DNA from: Macrostomum lignano | Taxonomy: Eukaryota | DNA length: 64,000 nucleotides | Direction of reading: 5' to 3' | Assembly: GCA_002269645.1 (NCBI GenBank) | Contig: NIVC01000679.1 | Location: 1-64,000 of the forward strand | Shown here: positions 1 to 11,300 of the stretch, piece by piece | Numbering within the stretch: position 1 is the first letter of the stretch | Layout: each line of letters opens with the position of its first letter | Program-made: the position numbers and the translations under genes | Notes under the pieces: generated by a model | Databases searched by the model: none | What the model was told of the DNA's origin: nothing | What the model saw: only the letters and a program-made list of their open reading frames with translations

Positions 1-783
1 ATCTCGTCATGCCGTTGTACGTTGATCATCACGGAGATCCTTCTGCTAAACCTGATAATTGCGCTATTCAGCAGAACAATCGAAGAGATTGACTCGAGGA
101 GCAAAGCGCTTTGGCAGTTCGAGCGTCACGAACTCATCGAAGAGTTCCAGACGCGTTCCTGCCTGCCACCGCCATTCAACATATTTGACATTTTCAGGCG
201 AGTTCTGGGTCGGAACTGGAGAAGTTATCGTCGCGAGTCGCGGGGTGCACCTCAACAAAGCTCCGACGAAAAGAAAGAGCTGGACAAGGAACTGGTGCTG
301 CAGTTTCTGCTCTACCAGGCATTCAGTCTGCGCAACAATCGCGAGAAATTCATGGCTAGCAGTTCGCCAAAGGAGGAGGATGAAAAAGACGAACTCCTGG
401 CGAGCGCGCGAGATGATCAAAGAGGAGCTGGCCAAGAACAACAAAGCTGGGCTGCGGCTGCGGCGGAAGCCGCGGCAACCGGAAGCTGGGCAGTTGGTGA
501 AGCTCGAATCGATGATACTCGTGGCACTCTAATGGAGACGACACCTTCGCGGGTGAAACTGCAGTCACCGAAACAGCAGTCGGCTCAGAGACCAAAGCCA
601 GCTGATGAGCAGCCGGCAACACTGCAGCCGCAGGTGTCTCAAGAAGACGCAGGTGCTTTGATGGCACTGATGGAATCAGATGCGGACCTGGATGATTACG
701 ATGCCATTTTAAAAAAATGCATTACGTTTTTAGTACAATCTATTAATTTTTTTCAAGTGAAAATATTTTTAGTTGTAAATTAG
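1..783 (+). CDS. TRPM-family TRP channel, C-terminal exon (end of S6, TRP helix, low-complexity tail); 5' part lies outside the window and the 3' exon boundary is uncertain
   Basis: LLLNLIIALFSRTIEEIDSRSKALWQFERHELIEEFQTRSCLPPPFNIF matches the TRPM pattern LLxNLLIAMF...W(K/Q)FQR...LPPPF. The end of the track ORF is AT-rich and probably intronic. A possible micro-exon lies at 827-855 (tttcag...gtaag). Confidence 0.8.
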   Translation: MSSCRCTLIITEILLLNLIIALFSRTIEEIDSRSKALWQFERHELIEEFQTRSCLPPPFNIFDIFRRVLGRNWRSYRRESRGAPQQSSDEKKELDKELVLQFLLYQAFSLRNNREKFMASSSPKEEDEKDELLASARDDQRGAGQEQQSWAAAAAEAAATGSWAVGEARIDDTRGTLMETTPSRVKLQSPKQQSAQRPKPADEQPATLQPQVSQEDAGALMALMESDADLDDYDAILKKCITFLVQSINFFQVKIFLVVN

Positions 784-1555
784 CCACATATTTTTCAAAC
801 GCTCTCTAAACTCATAGGCTTTTCAGATCAGCGCAATAACAGTAGAATACCAAGGGTAAGACTAGTTAAAGATGCCTAGCAGGCAGTTGAGCTTTGCCCA
901 CTATAGAAGCTTAGTCGCTAAATGGTGTCCATAGTCGCCTGGTGCTTGCCGTCGTAGGATATTTTTTTGATATTTATCCAGAAGCTCCTAAAAGGCGAGA
1001 CGACCGGTGGCTGATGTCGGAGATGATAGAGACTAATGTGGTCGAGCCGCACTGAGGTTCTGTGCCAATTGGCTCACAGGGGTGTGCTGAATGCACCGAA
1101 GTTCGGGAGAATCTCTGAATATCTCGACGGTCTGGAGGTTCTAAAAAAACGATTGGTTTACTCATAAAACGGTTGAAAAATGACTTGGTATTCGTACTGT
1201 TTAGCTTAATTTAGAAATCATTTAACCGTAACAAGGCCATATATTTCTGTGCCATTTGAACCCAAGAACATACATATATGCTTAAAATTTGTCATCTCGC
1301 AGCTTGATCTATCCCTCTTCCAGTTTAACTAGCTTGATCAAATTTTATCTGCTTGATTAGTGAATATGCTGCTGCCAGTTGACATTGATTTAGCAGAGTT
1401 CCTGTGTTCATGCAATCTGCGCAGCTTGGTGTTTATCTTTTTTATCTAAATTTTTTATTCTACTTAACCTTCCCCCTTTTGAGTTGAGGCGCCGATTTTT
1501 AACCATTTTTAATCACAAATCGTATAAAATATATCCCCCCATTCAGACTTCTAAT

Positions 1556-2028
1556 CCTATTCAGCAGTCCGACGTTATTTCCGACGTCTGTCGATGCTGT
1601 TGGTAAACGCCTATTATGACGTCATTATCCGTCTTCGAAAAATACCCAAACTCCAGCAACGTCCATCAACATCGAGTACGTCGGGTCAGTGGCGGCGCCA
1701 CTGGAGGGGGACTGTAGTCCCGCGGGACCACCGGTACCACCCCAAGGGAGATGAACACCCAATGAATACTCTGTGGATCCTTACATCGATTCGATTCGAG
1801 TACATATATGTCAGCGACGTCGATAGACACCGGAAATGTAGGTCGATGTCGCCGATGTCGGATTGCTGAACGGGCTGGTTGGTTCCAACAATGTATAAGC
1901 TTTTGCAATAAAAATATTAACCGCGCAAATCTTTTTTTCTTGTTTATTTATTGAATTGGGGTGCTGCGCTAACACTGCGTCGGGTCAGATACGTCGGCGT
2001 CGTATATGACGTCGGAATGTTGCACGGG
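1556..2028. mobile_element. Degenerate terminal-inverted-repeat element (MITE-like relic)
   Basis: cctattcagcagtccgacgtt (1556-1576) is an imperfect inverted copy of gatgtcggattgctgaacggg (1854-1874). A second right-end-like copy, gacgtcggaatgttgcacggg, is at 2008-2028. No TSD found. Confidence 0.35.
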
Positions 2029-3186
2029 AATTGGGCTACTGGATCGGTTTACTGCATGCCCGAACGAGCCTCAATCTTATCATTGAAAGCAACTTTTCAG
2101 TTAATTTATGTGTAGTTCCGTGCTTTAAAGCCTAAAAGACCCATCTAGGGCGACTGTCGGATTTCGTAAATAAAAAACTGGGTAAAAATTTACATGTGGC
2201 CAGGTTTGTACGTTTACTTGATTGTTTTATATGTAAGTTCAATTATCACCAGCTCTTATGTTCTATTGACCAAGAAACGAATGAACTCTGATAAATACAT
2301 GAACTGTAGCTACTGCATTTTGAAAGAGAGCCTCAGGACGAGGCAAAAAGCGTGCTGAAATATCCCCACTGGATGTTATACATATGATATGCATTTGCAA
2401 GAACAAAAAGTACATTTACGCTGGTAATCAATACATACACATGTACCGGCTAAAATTAATGTATATAACTTAAGTACCCGTCAAACAAAACAATGTCGGA
2501 GACGCCCAGGCGTTTGCCCTTTGCGCTTACATGATGAGGACGCACTTTTTCGATCTTAGAATCGCGCCTGAATTCAAATCTTCTTCTCTCTTACTCGTAG
2601 TAGGCTAGGTTATGGTTCTTCTTTTTTTCAGCGCATCATATACTAATTTTAGGGATCGATTTTTTAGATCAACCTGTCTGGACCAACTTTTATTTATAAT
2701 CTGTCACATGTTACCTATCACTTTTAGCATTAAAGGGCTTGGAGAAGTGATCATTAGTCAACTCTTTTCTCTCAATTATTTGGTATTTATGATTGTTATA
2801 ATTCTCCAATCTGTCATTTTATAAACGCCTAGCGTGTCCCTTTCGACGTCAAGGTGTCTTGAGAGAGTTTCTCACCATTATTTATTACTTATGCCTGTTG
2901 AGTTCCCGGGCGTGCATGAGGGGCAGTCCGATGCAGAAGGTTTTTGAGTCTTGAGCTCAGCCAATCAGAGTCAAGCTTATCAGACGTACAGGACCCATTC
3001 AATCAGAAAACGGGAAAGGGCGGCAGAAAACGGGGGGGACAGCAAACAGGCGGACAAAAAGGGGGCGGGAGGCTGCCCAGCGGCAGACAGCAACCCGGAG
3101 CGAGGGCGAGGGCGAGGGAACTGCTGATGGTGGGTCGACGCCAAACACTAAACTTGCGGCTCACTAGTAACTAGTATTAGTAATGT

Positions 3187-3450
3187 AATAATAATAATTG
3201 ATTACACCTGCCTATATTAGCTATTGCGCGGCGCATCTGAAGGCTGCGTACGGCTGTTCAGTCTAAGGACTGGGGGTCGCCACACACCCTGAATTACCCC
3301 AGCTAATGCTGGCACCCATTTTACAGCTGGGTGAGCTGAAGCAATGCAGAGTTGAGTGTCTTGCTCAAGGTAACAAATTGTTCCAGTGGGATCGGGAATC
3401 GAACCCCCGACCTTTAAGTCGTGAGTCCGACGCTCACCACTAGGCTACAA
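3187..3450 (-). mobile_element. tRNA-derived SINE, family A, copy 1
   Basis: The minus strand begins tgtagcctagtggtgagcgtcggactcacgacttaaaggtcgggggttcgattccc (Pol III A- and B-box-like), has the core ccttgagcaagacactcaactctgcattgcttcagctcacccagctgtaaaatggg, and ends in an (ATT)n tail. A homologous copy is at 37360-37629. Confidence 0.8.
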
Positions 3451-3973
3451 TCATTTTTGTCAATGTGGCCTTCGTCGATCACCGGCAGCGATTGGCCTCT
3501 TTCTCAGTGGCCTGCTAGCTTGGATTTGCAATTTTTCGTATTTCGTTTTCATGTGCTGAACTTGGACAGGAGTTTAATTCAATTGCGAATGAGTTTGGTT
3601 TTCATTTTCTCTGACTCAGTTTGAAGAATTTCATGTAAATATAACTGAAGAAATCATGTAAATATAAGTGAAGGATATGAAGTATTGCTTAAATAAGAGG
3701 AAAATATTTGTTTTACTGGTAAGCGAAAGTATAATTGGAATTTCTTGGATAAGAAAATTTTCCAAGCAAAACTTCGCATGGTACTTTTAGCAGTAAAGCA
3801 TATCTGATACGAGCAAGTGGTCTTGTGCGATGCCTGTTCAGAGAAAAGGTTCTTTGAATAAAGAGATTTAAATTTTTACGTATCTGAGGTGCGTGAAGCG
3901 ACAGAGACAGCGCACAGGAAGCCGACTAAGAAGAAGAGAGAATAACCAGGGACTCCTAAAGAAAGGTGCTAGC

Positions 3974-4237
3974 TCAAGAAGTCCCTGGAATAGCATAGGG
4001 ATCGACACACGCTCGCGAAACAGGCGGAAGGGGCAAGGTCTGGGGGCTGAGACCCAGCGCCTGCAAGTCAGCCAAAAAACAGTCTGTCAGCGTCTCAGTT
4101 CGCCCTTGGCCATGGCGCTTCCGCTCTGTCGGCTGGTGCTGGAGGACCAGCGCTAACAGGACTTGGTCGCCGAGGCCGTGACTCGGTAGGCAGTGGCCCA
4201 GCAGCGTGTGGCAAAGGGAGATCCAAACAATAAGCAA
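3974..4237 (-). mobile_element. Probable RTE-type non-LTR retrotransposon 3' fragment
   Basis: LLGHCL...VLQHQPTERKRHGQGRTETLTDCFLADL resembles the C-terminus of the RTE fragment at 43768-44288 (LAGHVIR...VLLWTPQEPRRRGQGR). Confidence 0.45.
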
Positions 4238-4472
4238 GGCTAGGAGTAAAGACAGGGGGTGTGGGTAAAAAAATTAACAAGTAGAGAAAATCGATAAACA
4301 CGTAGAACAGATAAAAGAGAAAAGTTATTCAGCATAAAAAAGAATCTGAATTCCAAAAGATACTCTGAACATTTCATCGCTCAGTAGTAAGTAAGACTTA
4401 ACAGTAGTAGATATTTTAGATATTGAATATCTAAAAAAGCAGCAAAACAGAAGTCGTGTGATTTGAAGCCAG

Positions 4473-5774
4473 CTATTCAAGGAAGGGCCAAACCAGGAAC
4501 GCGAACAAAATGGTGAAATCGCCACACAACCCATAACGGCCATAAGCCGCTCCACGGCGGTTGAAGCTGTTTTCCAGTCGAGCGCCTCTCGCCGTCATCG
4601 CTCGCCTTGCTCACCGCGGAGTCATCGCTGTCTCTTTCTGGCGCCGTCCTGACGCCCCCTCGTCGCTCACCGCACAGCAGCGCTCGGCCCAGGCAACACA
4701 CGAACACGAACCGGAGACACGACGGCATCGGCTGAGACTCCGCAGCGAAGTGGAACCGAATCGCCACCGCCGTGAGCAGCAGAGACGTCGTCGACAGCAC
4801 CATGGCCGCCGTGATGAATGACGCCACGGCCGGCATCGACTGCGACTTGGGCAGCAGGCGTCCAGCAGCAGCAGGAACACCGTGTAGCTCAGCATGATGG
4901 TGATGCCGAAGCTCAGCTTCTCTCCAGACTCGACTGGCACGAAGAAGACGAGCACCTGGAGCAGCGTGAGCAGCAGCAGGGGAGTAACCACGTTGAGCAT
5001 GTAGTAAGTGGACACCCGCTCGATCTCCAGTTGTACCACGTAGGTCGGCAGCGGCATTTTCGGTTGTCCTTTGAAAACTTCATACTTTTTGTTGCGCACG
5101 AACGTGCTCAAGTTCAGCAGATTCCATTCGCTGTTCCTAACATAGGCCCCCACTTCATTGAATTCCACTGATGGGCCATACTGAAGGCTGCCCTTTTTTA
5201 CAGCAGGATGTCCTTTTCCCCGCCCCTGATCGTTAGCGAACAACTCCAAGTCGCAGGTGTGCCGATCGAACGGAAACCGACGCATGTCGAATTCGCAGGA
5301 GAACTCCCACTCACGCCTCCAGATGGCTGATACCACTGACTTTTCTGGTGCCACGGATGTGATGTAGGGTGGGAACTGTGGACTCAGAAGCTGGTTTTCT
5401 CCAATGCCAGTGCACAAAAATATCACGGGGAAGTAGATTCTGCCGATCTCCCAATCTATCACAGTGATGTTGCCAAACTCTTTAGGATCCCAGACCAGTC
5501 TTTCCTCATACCAAGTTGCAAACATCAGGGCAGTAATTTTAATGCTCTGCTTGGCGCTGTCCACACTCACAATCTGACCTATCGAGGTGGACAAGTAGAC
5601 GCTCATTGACTGACTGTCCAAGGCTGGTAGCAGAGTCGGGCTGTAGTCTGTGATGTTGTTTTTCAGATACTTCAGCAAAGCCGCCTCGAAATCTTGCTTA
5701 GGCATCTTGGAGTAGCAGCTGGTCAGCTGGGTTGCGATGGCAACAAAAAGCAATAATTTTCTGAGCTGCAACAT
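4473..5774 (-). CDS. Intronless Cys-loop pentameric ligand-gated ion channel subunit (nAChR-like, cation type); reading frame broken by three 1-nt deletions near 4858, 4587 and 4520
   Basis: ATG at 5774 with a signal peptide (MLQLRKLLLFVAIATQLTSC), Cys-loop CEFDMRRFPFDRHTC, M1-M2 YYMLNVVTP...ESGEKLSFGITIMLS. M3 (LPKSQSMPAVASFITAAMVL), DWKTASTAVERLMAVM and the M4 end (FTILFAFLVWPFLE*) continue in successive shifted frames. Confidence 0.85.
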
Positions 5775-6494
5775 TTTAGTGAAACAATTGCGGGTAGAGT
5801 CAGTCGATGCAGCTCGCGTGACAAGTATCAATTCTAAGGTAGTGAATGCCTTTAATATTGCATTTCGACACTCAAATATACTTCTCCACAGCCAATGAAG
5901 ATCGATTCAAGGTGAGTTTCTTAAGCTTAAAGGAATTCAGCGTCGCTAAAGTCTGAGCTAGAAGCACCATCACGAGCAGACTTTATTTAATGAAAGCTTT
6001 TCCCGCCGAACAGGTTCGGTAAACAAGAAGGTTCAGTGCGGAGAGGGTTAGCTTCATCGAATTTCTGGATCGCAATTCGCAAAGCTATGGTCTGGACTAT
6101 TTGAGGGTAAGTTGACTCTGCTAGACAATGGGAGCAGTGCGCTTTACCTTCGGCAAATTTGAACTAGAATTCAATTCCTTTTAAGCAGTACACACATCTT
6201 TGCTGGGAGCTTTCAGTCAGCTTGAGAACCAGAAATTTTACTCTCCAAAAGCCCATTGCTGAGCCTAGTTTTACATACCTCTACCACAATGAATCTCTCT
6301 CACTTTCTCTCTTCAGTCCCAATTCTTCACTACTTCTGTTTGCCACTTCAATAGCAGGAAAATCCGTTGTCATGGACGCTAGCTCACGCTATTCATGGAA
6401 AGCAAGTGATATCTATTATTCATGAGGCTGAGCCCACTTAATTCTCTACAGTGAATTAGACGGAGAACAATTTCAAATTTATTCTGAGGCAGCG

Positions 6495-6690
6495 CGATGC
6501 AACCCCAAGGTACAGAGAGTGTACATGCCTGACCATTTGAAAGTCAAAGGGCCGCTGAACATCCTGTGTGAGCGCGTGTATGAGTGCATGCCTGCGCACA
6601 GCATTGGCGCCCTTGTATGTGATCAGGAGTCAGTGGAATGGACTGAATTGCCTGAGCGCTGATTGTGGGACGATGTCACTGAAATACAAA
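6495..6690 (+). mobile_element. Dispersed repeat family B (SINE-like), partial copy
   Basis: aaccccaaggtacagagagtgtacatgcctgac...agggccgctg...gacgatgtcact aligns by eye with copies at 26565, 43340 and 59590. Confidence 0.55.
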
Positions 6691-6768
6691 GAAATAGTCC
6701 AGTCCCACTAGTTGCGGTTGAAAGCTTCTATTGAGAAGTCACATGACAATCGAAGGACAGAAAGAGTA

Positions 6769-7228
6769 GTATTGGTTTTGTCAGCCTAACTGAGAATAAA
6801 GCCATCCAAAGTGAGAATCCTGCCTACGCTGACTGCGAAGGGCCTGGCTGCGTGCAGCCTTAGTCTATGGGCCATAGACTATAAAGGATAAGCAAAGTGA
6901 TAAAAAGCCATCCAATGTGAGAATCTTGCCTACGCTGAATACGAAGGGCCTAGCTGCGTCCAGCCTAGTCTATGAGCCATAGACTATAAAGGATAAGCTA
7001 GGATTGGCTAGTCATATGGCTCAGAAGCTCAGAAGGTATAAAAATAAAAGAATACGACGCATAGACCAATCGATTCTCACATTTGATGGCTTTTTATCAC
7101 TTTGCTTGTCCTTTATTGTCTATGGCCCATAGACTAAGGCTGCACGCAGCCAGGCCCTTCGCAGTCAGCGTAGGCAGGATTCTCATTTTGGGTGGCTTTA
7201 TTCTCAGTTAGGCTGACAAAAGCAATAG
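6769..7228. mobile_element. MITE of about 460 bp with about 150-bp TIRs, flanked by TA
   Basis: gtattggttttgtcagcctaactgagaataaagcc... is mirrored by ...ggctttattctcagttaggctgacaaaagcaatag. TA lies at 6767-6768 and 7229-7230. The left arm carries an internal tandem duplication of about 113 bp. Confidence 0.75.
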
Positions 7229-7854
7229 TAAATTTGGAGGCTAACGTGACGAATCATAAACTTTATAGAAAAACGCTTTATATGAATTTTAACCGTAGAC
7301 AAAACAAATATTTACATGCAAAACAAATTTATTTAAAAGCGGCTTATCATATCTCAGCTTCTATCCATGCCAAATTTCATTACAGGTGATGTAGGCACGT
7401 CCTGGACCCCAACAAATTTTTGTGCACCCTCCCTTCCTCCTCTGTGATTTTTGCGCCCCCGTGATACTCATTGAGATGAGTCATCACGATGACTTATGCT
7501 TATCTCCCACTCCAATCCCCCGCGCACCAACCCCATCTCCTTTCTTTTGTTAGAAACCACTCATGCGTGCGACAGTTTTAGGTCCCCTTACCTCCGCAAG
7601 CTTTTTCTTGCCTGTTACGGAATCCCCCATCTTAAATCATTTTTCTCCGCTGCGCCCAACCCCAATTTCTCGTCCAATCACAGCGCGGCTGGCGGGTGAC
7701 GTCATCAGGGTTTGCTTGGTAACGGAGCTCTAGGACAAGACACGGCCTTTAATATCACGCGGGCGGGGCGGGCGCGGGCTCTCGCGGGAATACCTCGGCG
7801 GGAAAACTTCCTGTGGGAAATCTCGTGCTCCCTTCCCCCTCTTTTGTGTTTGTG

Positions 7855-8130
7855 TTAGGGTTGGTATTAGAGTTTAGGTTTAGGGTTAGGTTCAGGGTTA
7901 TAGCGTTAAGATTCGGGTTAGGGCTAGGGTTAGTTTAGCTTATAACTTAGCTCATGTAGCTTATTAAAAATGTTTATCATGGAAGCGTCATGCAAAAATA
8001 ATGGAAGCGTCATGTGAAAAATCGTGGAAGCGTCATGCAAAAAATCATAGAAGCATCATGCAAAAACTCATGGACAAAATATTTAATTTAAGGTTATGTT
8101 TAGAGTTAGGGTTAGGGCTAGGGCTATTAG
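7855..8130 (+). repeat. Degenerate TTAGGG-like tracts flanking about 4-5 copies of a ~24-bp catggaagcgtcatgcaaaaa repeat
   Basis: ttagggttaggttcagggttatag...gggttagggctagggttag (7855-7935) and gagttagggttagggctagggc (8103-8125). Confidence 0.6.
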
Positions 8131-8375
8131 AAGTTTGACAGGAGATTTTTTAAGATTTCAAGGCTACATGTAGCTTATTAAAAAAATGTGCATTGCATTT
8201 CTTTGTCTCCTCAACGGGGGGCGTAGATTGCTAGTAACTAACTAAGAATACACTAAGAATAATCACAATATACTAAATCTCTAAGGTTTGACCGGTATTC
8301 CAGTCTACAGCCTGAATGCCTGAACCGATTTTTTTCAAACTTGCTTCATTCAATTGCATAACACCACAGTGTCAC

Positions 8376-11300
8376 ACTTCCCCCTGAGTCAGTTCCCCCC
8401 TTCACAGCTGTAGTCTCTGAGGTGGGCCTCGAACCCTCAGTGGTTACCGCCGAGAAGTGCCAGGCTCGAGTCGCACACCGCTCGTAGGCTCGTAGGCTCG
8501 ACGTCAGTGCCGGACGCCCCCTCGCTGGCCGTGACGGCGGGGGTTTCGGCGTCAGCGCTTCGCACGCCACTGTCACTCGGGGCGGCGCCGTCATCCGTAG
8601 CAGGCGGCGGATGGACGGTGTCAGCGGAGTCAGCGCGGGCTGCCACCAGCTGATCAGTGTGCCGGAAGTGCTGGCCACGCTCCGAGTCAACCGTGTAGTT
8701 GCGGCTGCCGGCGCCCGTGACGACGCCCTCAGCCCAGCGTGGCATGTCGCCGGCTCTCGCGCCGGCGCTGTAGTCGCGGAGGAGGACGTGATCACCCAGC
8801 TGAAACTCGCGCGCCGGTCTGCGTCCCTGCAGCTGTCGCTCCTGCCGCCGTTGAACGTCATCGGTCAGCGACGGTGCCAAGAGGTCCAGGCGGCAGCGAA
8901 GCCGACGGCCGATGAGCAGCTGACTCGGGCAACGCCGCTGATGCTGTGTGGAGTGTTGCAAAAGCTGAGCAGCAGTCGCTGAAGCTCGACGTCGGAGTGG
9001 CCGCTCTTGAGCAGATGTCGCTTCAGGACTTGCACAAACCTCTCGGGGTCTACGACGTTTGCCTGCGGGACGTTTGCCAGCCGACGTTTGCCTGCGGGAC
9101 GTTTGCCAGCCGACATTTGCCAGCCGACGTTTGCCAGCCGACGTTTGCCAGCGGGACGTTTGCCAGCCGAAGTTTGCTGCCGGACGTTTGCCTGCGGGAC
9201 GTTTGCCAGCCGACGTTTGCCAGCCGACGTTTGCCAGCCGACATTTGCCAGCCGACATTTGCCAGCCGACATTTGCCAGCCGACGTTTGCCAGCGGGACG
9301 TTTGCCAGTCGGACGTTTGCCAGCCGACATTTGCCAGCCGACGTTTGCCTGCCGGACGTTTGCCTGCCGGACGTTTGCCAGCCGACGTTTGCCAGCCGGA
9401 AGTTTGCCAGCCAAAATTTGCTAGCCAATATAGAGCCAGTTAGTGAAAAATTTGATACTGAAACATTCGCAGTTTAGCGGTTTGACAAAAACCGTTTTTA
9501 CTCCAACTTTTTGACGGTTATTTGCATATATACAAGTTTGAAAGCAAAATCTATAAATTATGAAATTTATGCAAAATCTATATAAATTATGCAATTTATA
9601 TAGATTTACATCTAATATCCAGTTTAACAACGATTTTCTTTGAATGTGAAAATATTGTTTACTTTTGACAATTGTGTATCGTTTTTCCCAGTTTGAGATG
9701 TTTGATTTTTGATGTGCGAAAGAAGACGCGCAGATTACAACGGGAATCTCCAGCGATTAAGTTAATGAGGCAAACAAAAAGAGCTGCTGAGCGGTAATTC
9801 TGGCTCATATATTTCTCAGTTCATTGGGAGATCTAAAAGTAAGCAAATTGATTCCAATGCTGTTGTATTACTACTCAAGTAAGCAAGGAAACCGCGATCT
9901 CAACGTACATGTGTAGACGAGTCGAATGCGGTACGTTTTTATAGTAAGCTATATAGCTGAATAGCCAGACAAGCCGCCAGTAGCAAGCTAGTAGAATAGC
10001 AAGCGCTAGACACTACGTATGCAAAGCTTAGTCATGCCAAGGACTACTAAAGTAGAAGTACGCAGCACTCGAAATCTATGAAAAATGTTTTGAAGGCCAT
10101 AGGGAGATAGGAAGTTTTCATCTTTTCAGCACAACAATTGTTATTGCTTTCATACGAGGCAAACCCAATGTTCATCTTTTGATATGTTGTGCCAAAATCG
10201 TTGTTAAACTAGATATTAGACGTTAGACTGATGAACTGCATAATTTATATATTTTGCTTTCAAACTTGTATACATGCGAATAACCGTCAAAAAGTTGGAG
10301 TAAAAACGGTTTTTGTCAAACCGCTAAACTGCGAATGTTTCAGTATCAAATTTTTCACTGACTGGCTTTATATTGGCTAGCAAATTTTGGCTGGCAAACT
10401 TCCGGCAGGCAAACGTCGGCTGGCAAACGTCGGCTGGCAAACGTCCGGCAGGCAAACGTCCGGCAGGCAAACTTCGGCTGGCAAACGTCCGGCAGGCAAA
10501 CTTCGGCTGGCAAACGTCCCACTGGCAAACGTCGGCTGGCAAACTTCGGCTGGCAAATGTCGGCTGGCAAACGTCCCGCAGGCAAACGTCGGCTGGCAAA
10601 CGTCCCGCAGGCAAACGTCGCTATCCCAACCTCTCGGCCTGGCCGTTGGTGGCGGCATGAAACGGCGTCGAGAACACGTGACGAATGCCGTTAGCCCAGG
10701 TGAGCTCGGCGAACTCAGCGGAGGCGAACTGCGACCCGTTGTCGGACACCACGGTGCGTGGAATGCCTTGGCGCGCGAACATCTCCCGCAGCGCCGCGAT
10801 GGTGGCCGCCGACGTTGTAACGCGCATCCGCTGGACCTCCGGCCACTTGCTATGAGCATCGACCACCACAGGTACGTGTGACCGTCGACCGGACTGGCAA
10901 AGTCGCTCCCATGGCTCGGACGGCAGAGGACACGGTTGCACCGGCGCCTTGGGCGGGTCGGGCTGGTTGAGCTGACAGGTGCGGCAGGACTTGGCCACGG
11001 CTACCGGCCAAGTCCTGCCAAGGCCGAAGCCAAGGCTGGGCCACCACACGTAGCTGCGAGCCAGGGAGCGCATTCTGATGATGCCGGAATGCGCCTGATG
11101 TAACTCTTGGATCACGTGTTGACGCAGCGCGGTCGGCACGACGACCTTTGCGCCCCACAGGACACAATCTTGGTCGACCGGTTGGCCGCCGGGCGAAGTC
11201 GCTCAGGTTAGCGCCGATGGGCGCGCTGGTTTGTAAGCAGCGAAGCACCCGACCGAGTGAGGCGTCCGTCCTAGTGTGCCGCGCCACCGCCAGCGCCGTG

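Noticed and set aside
2835-2870. Hammerhead-ribozyme-like motif on the minus strand (ctcaaga...gtcgaaa)
   Set aside because: The core CUGANGA is mismatched and stem II does not pair convincingly.
7855-8130. True telomere or chromosome end
   Set aside because: The tracts are short, degenerate and embedded among transposon fragments.
8169-8376. Complete Gypsy 3' LTR
   Set aside because: A PPT plus TG start is plausible, but there is no second LTR for comparison and the proposed end overlaps a locally duplicated block.
8865-10660. ANVGWQTSAGK / FASRRLPA repeat ORFs and their in-frame fusion to the integrase C-terminus
   Set aside because: Read-through of the repeat arrays in the foldback arms; non-ATG starts and no transposase motifs.
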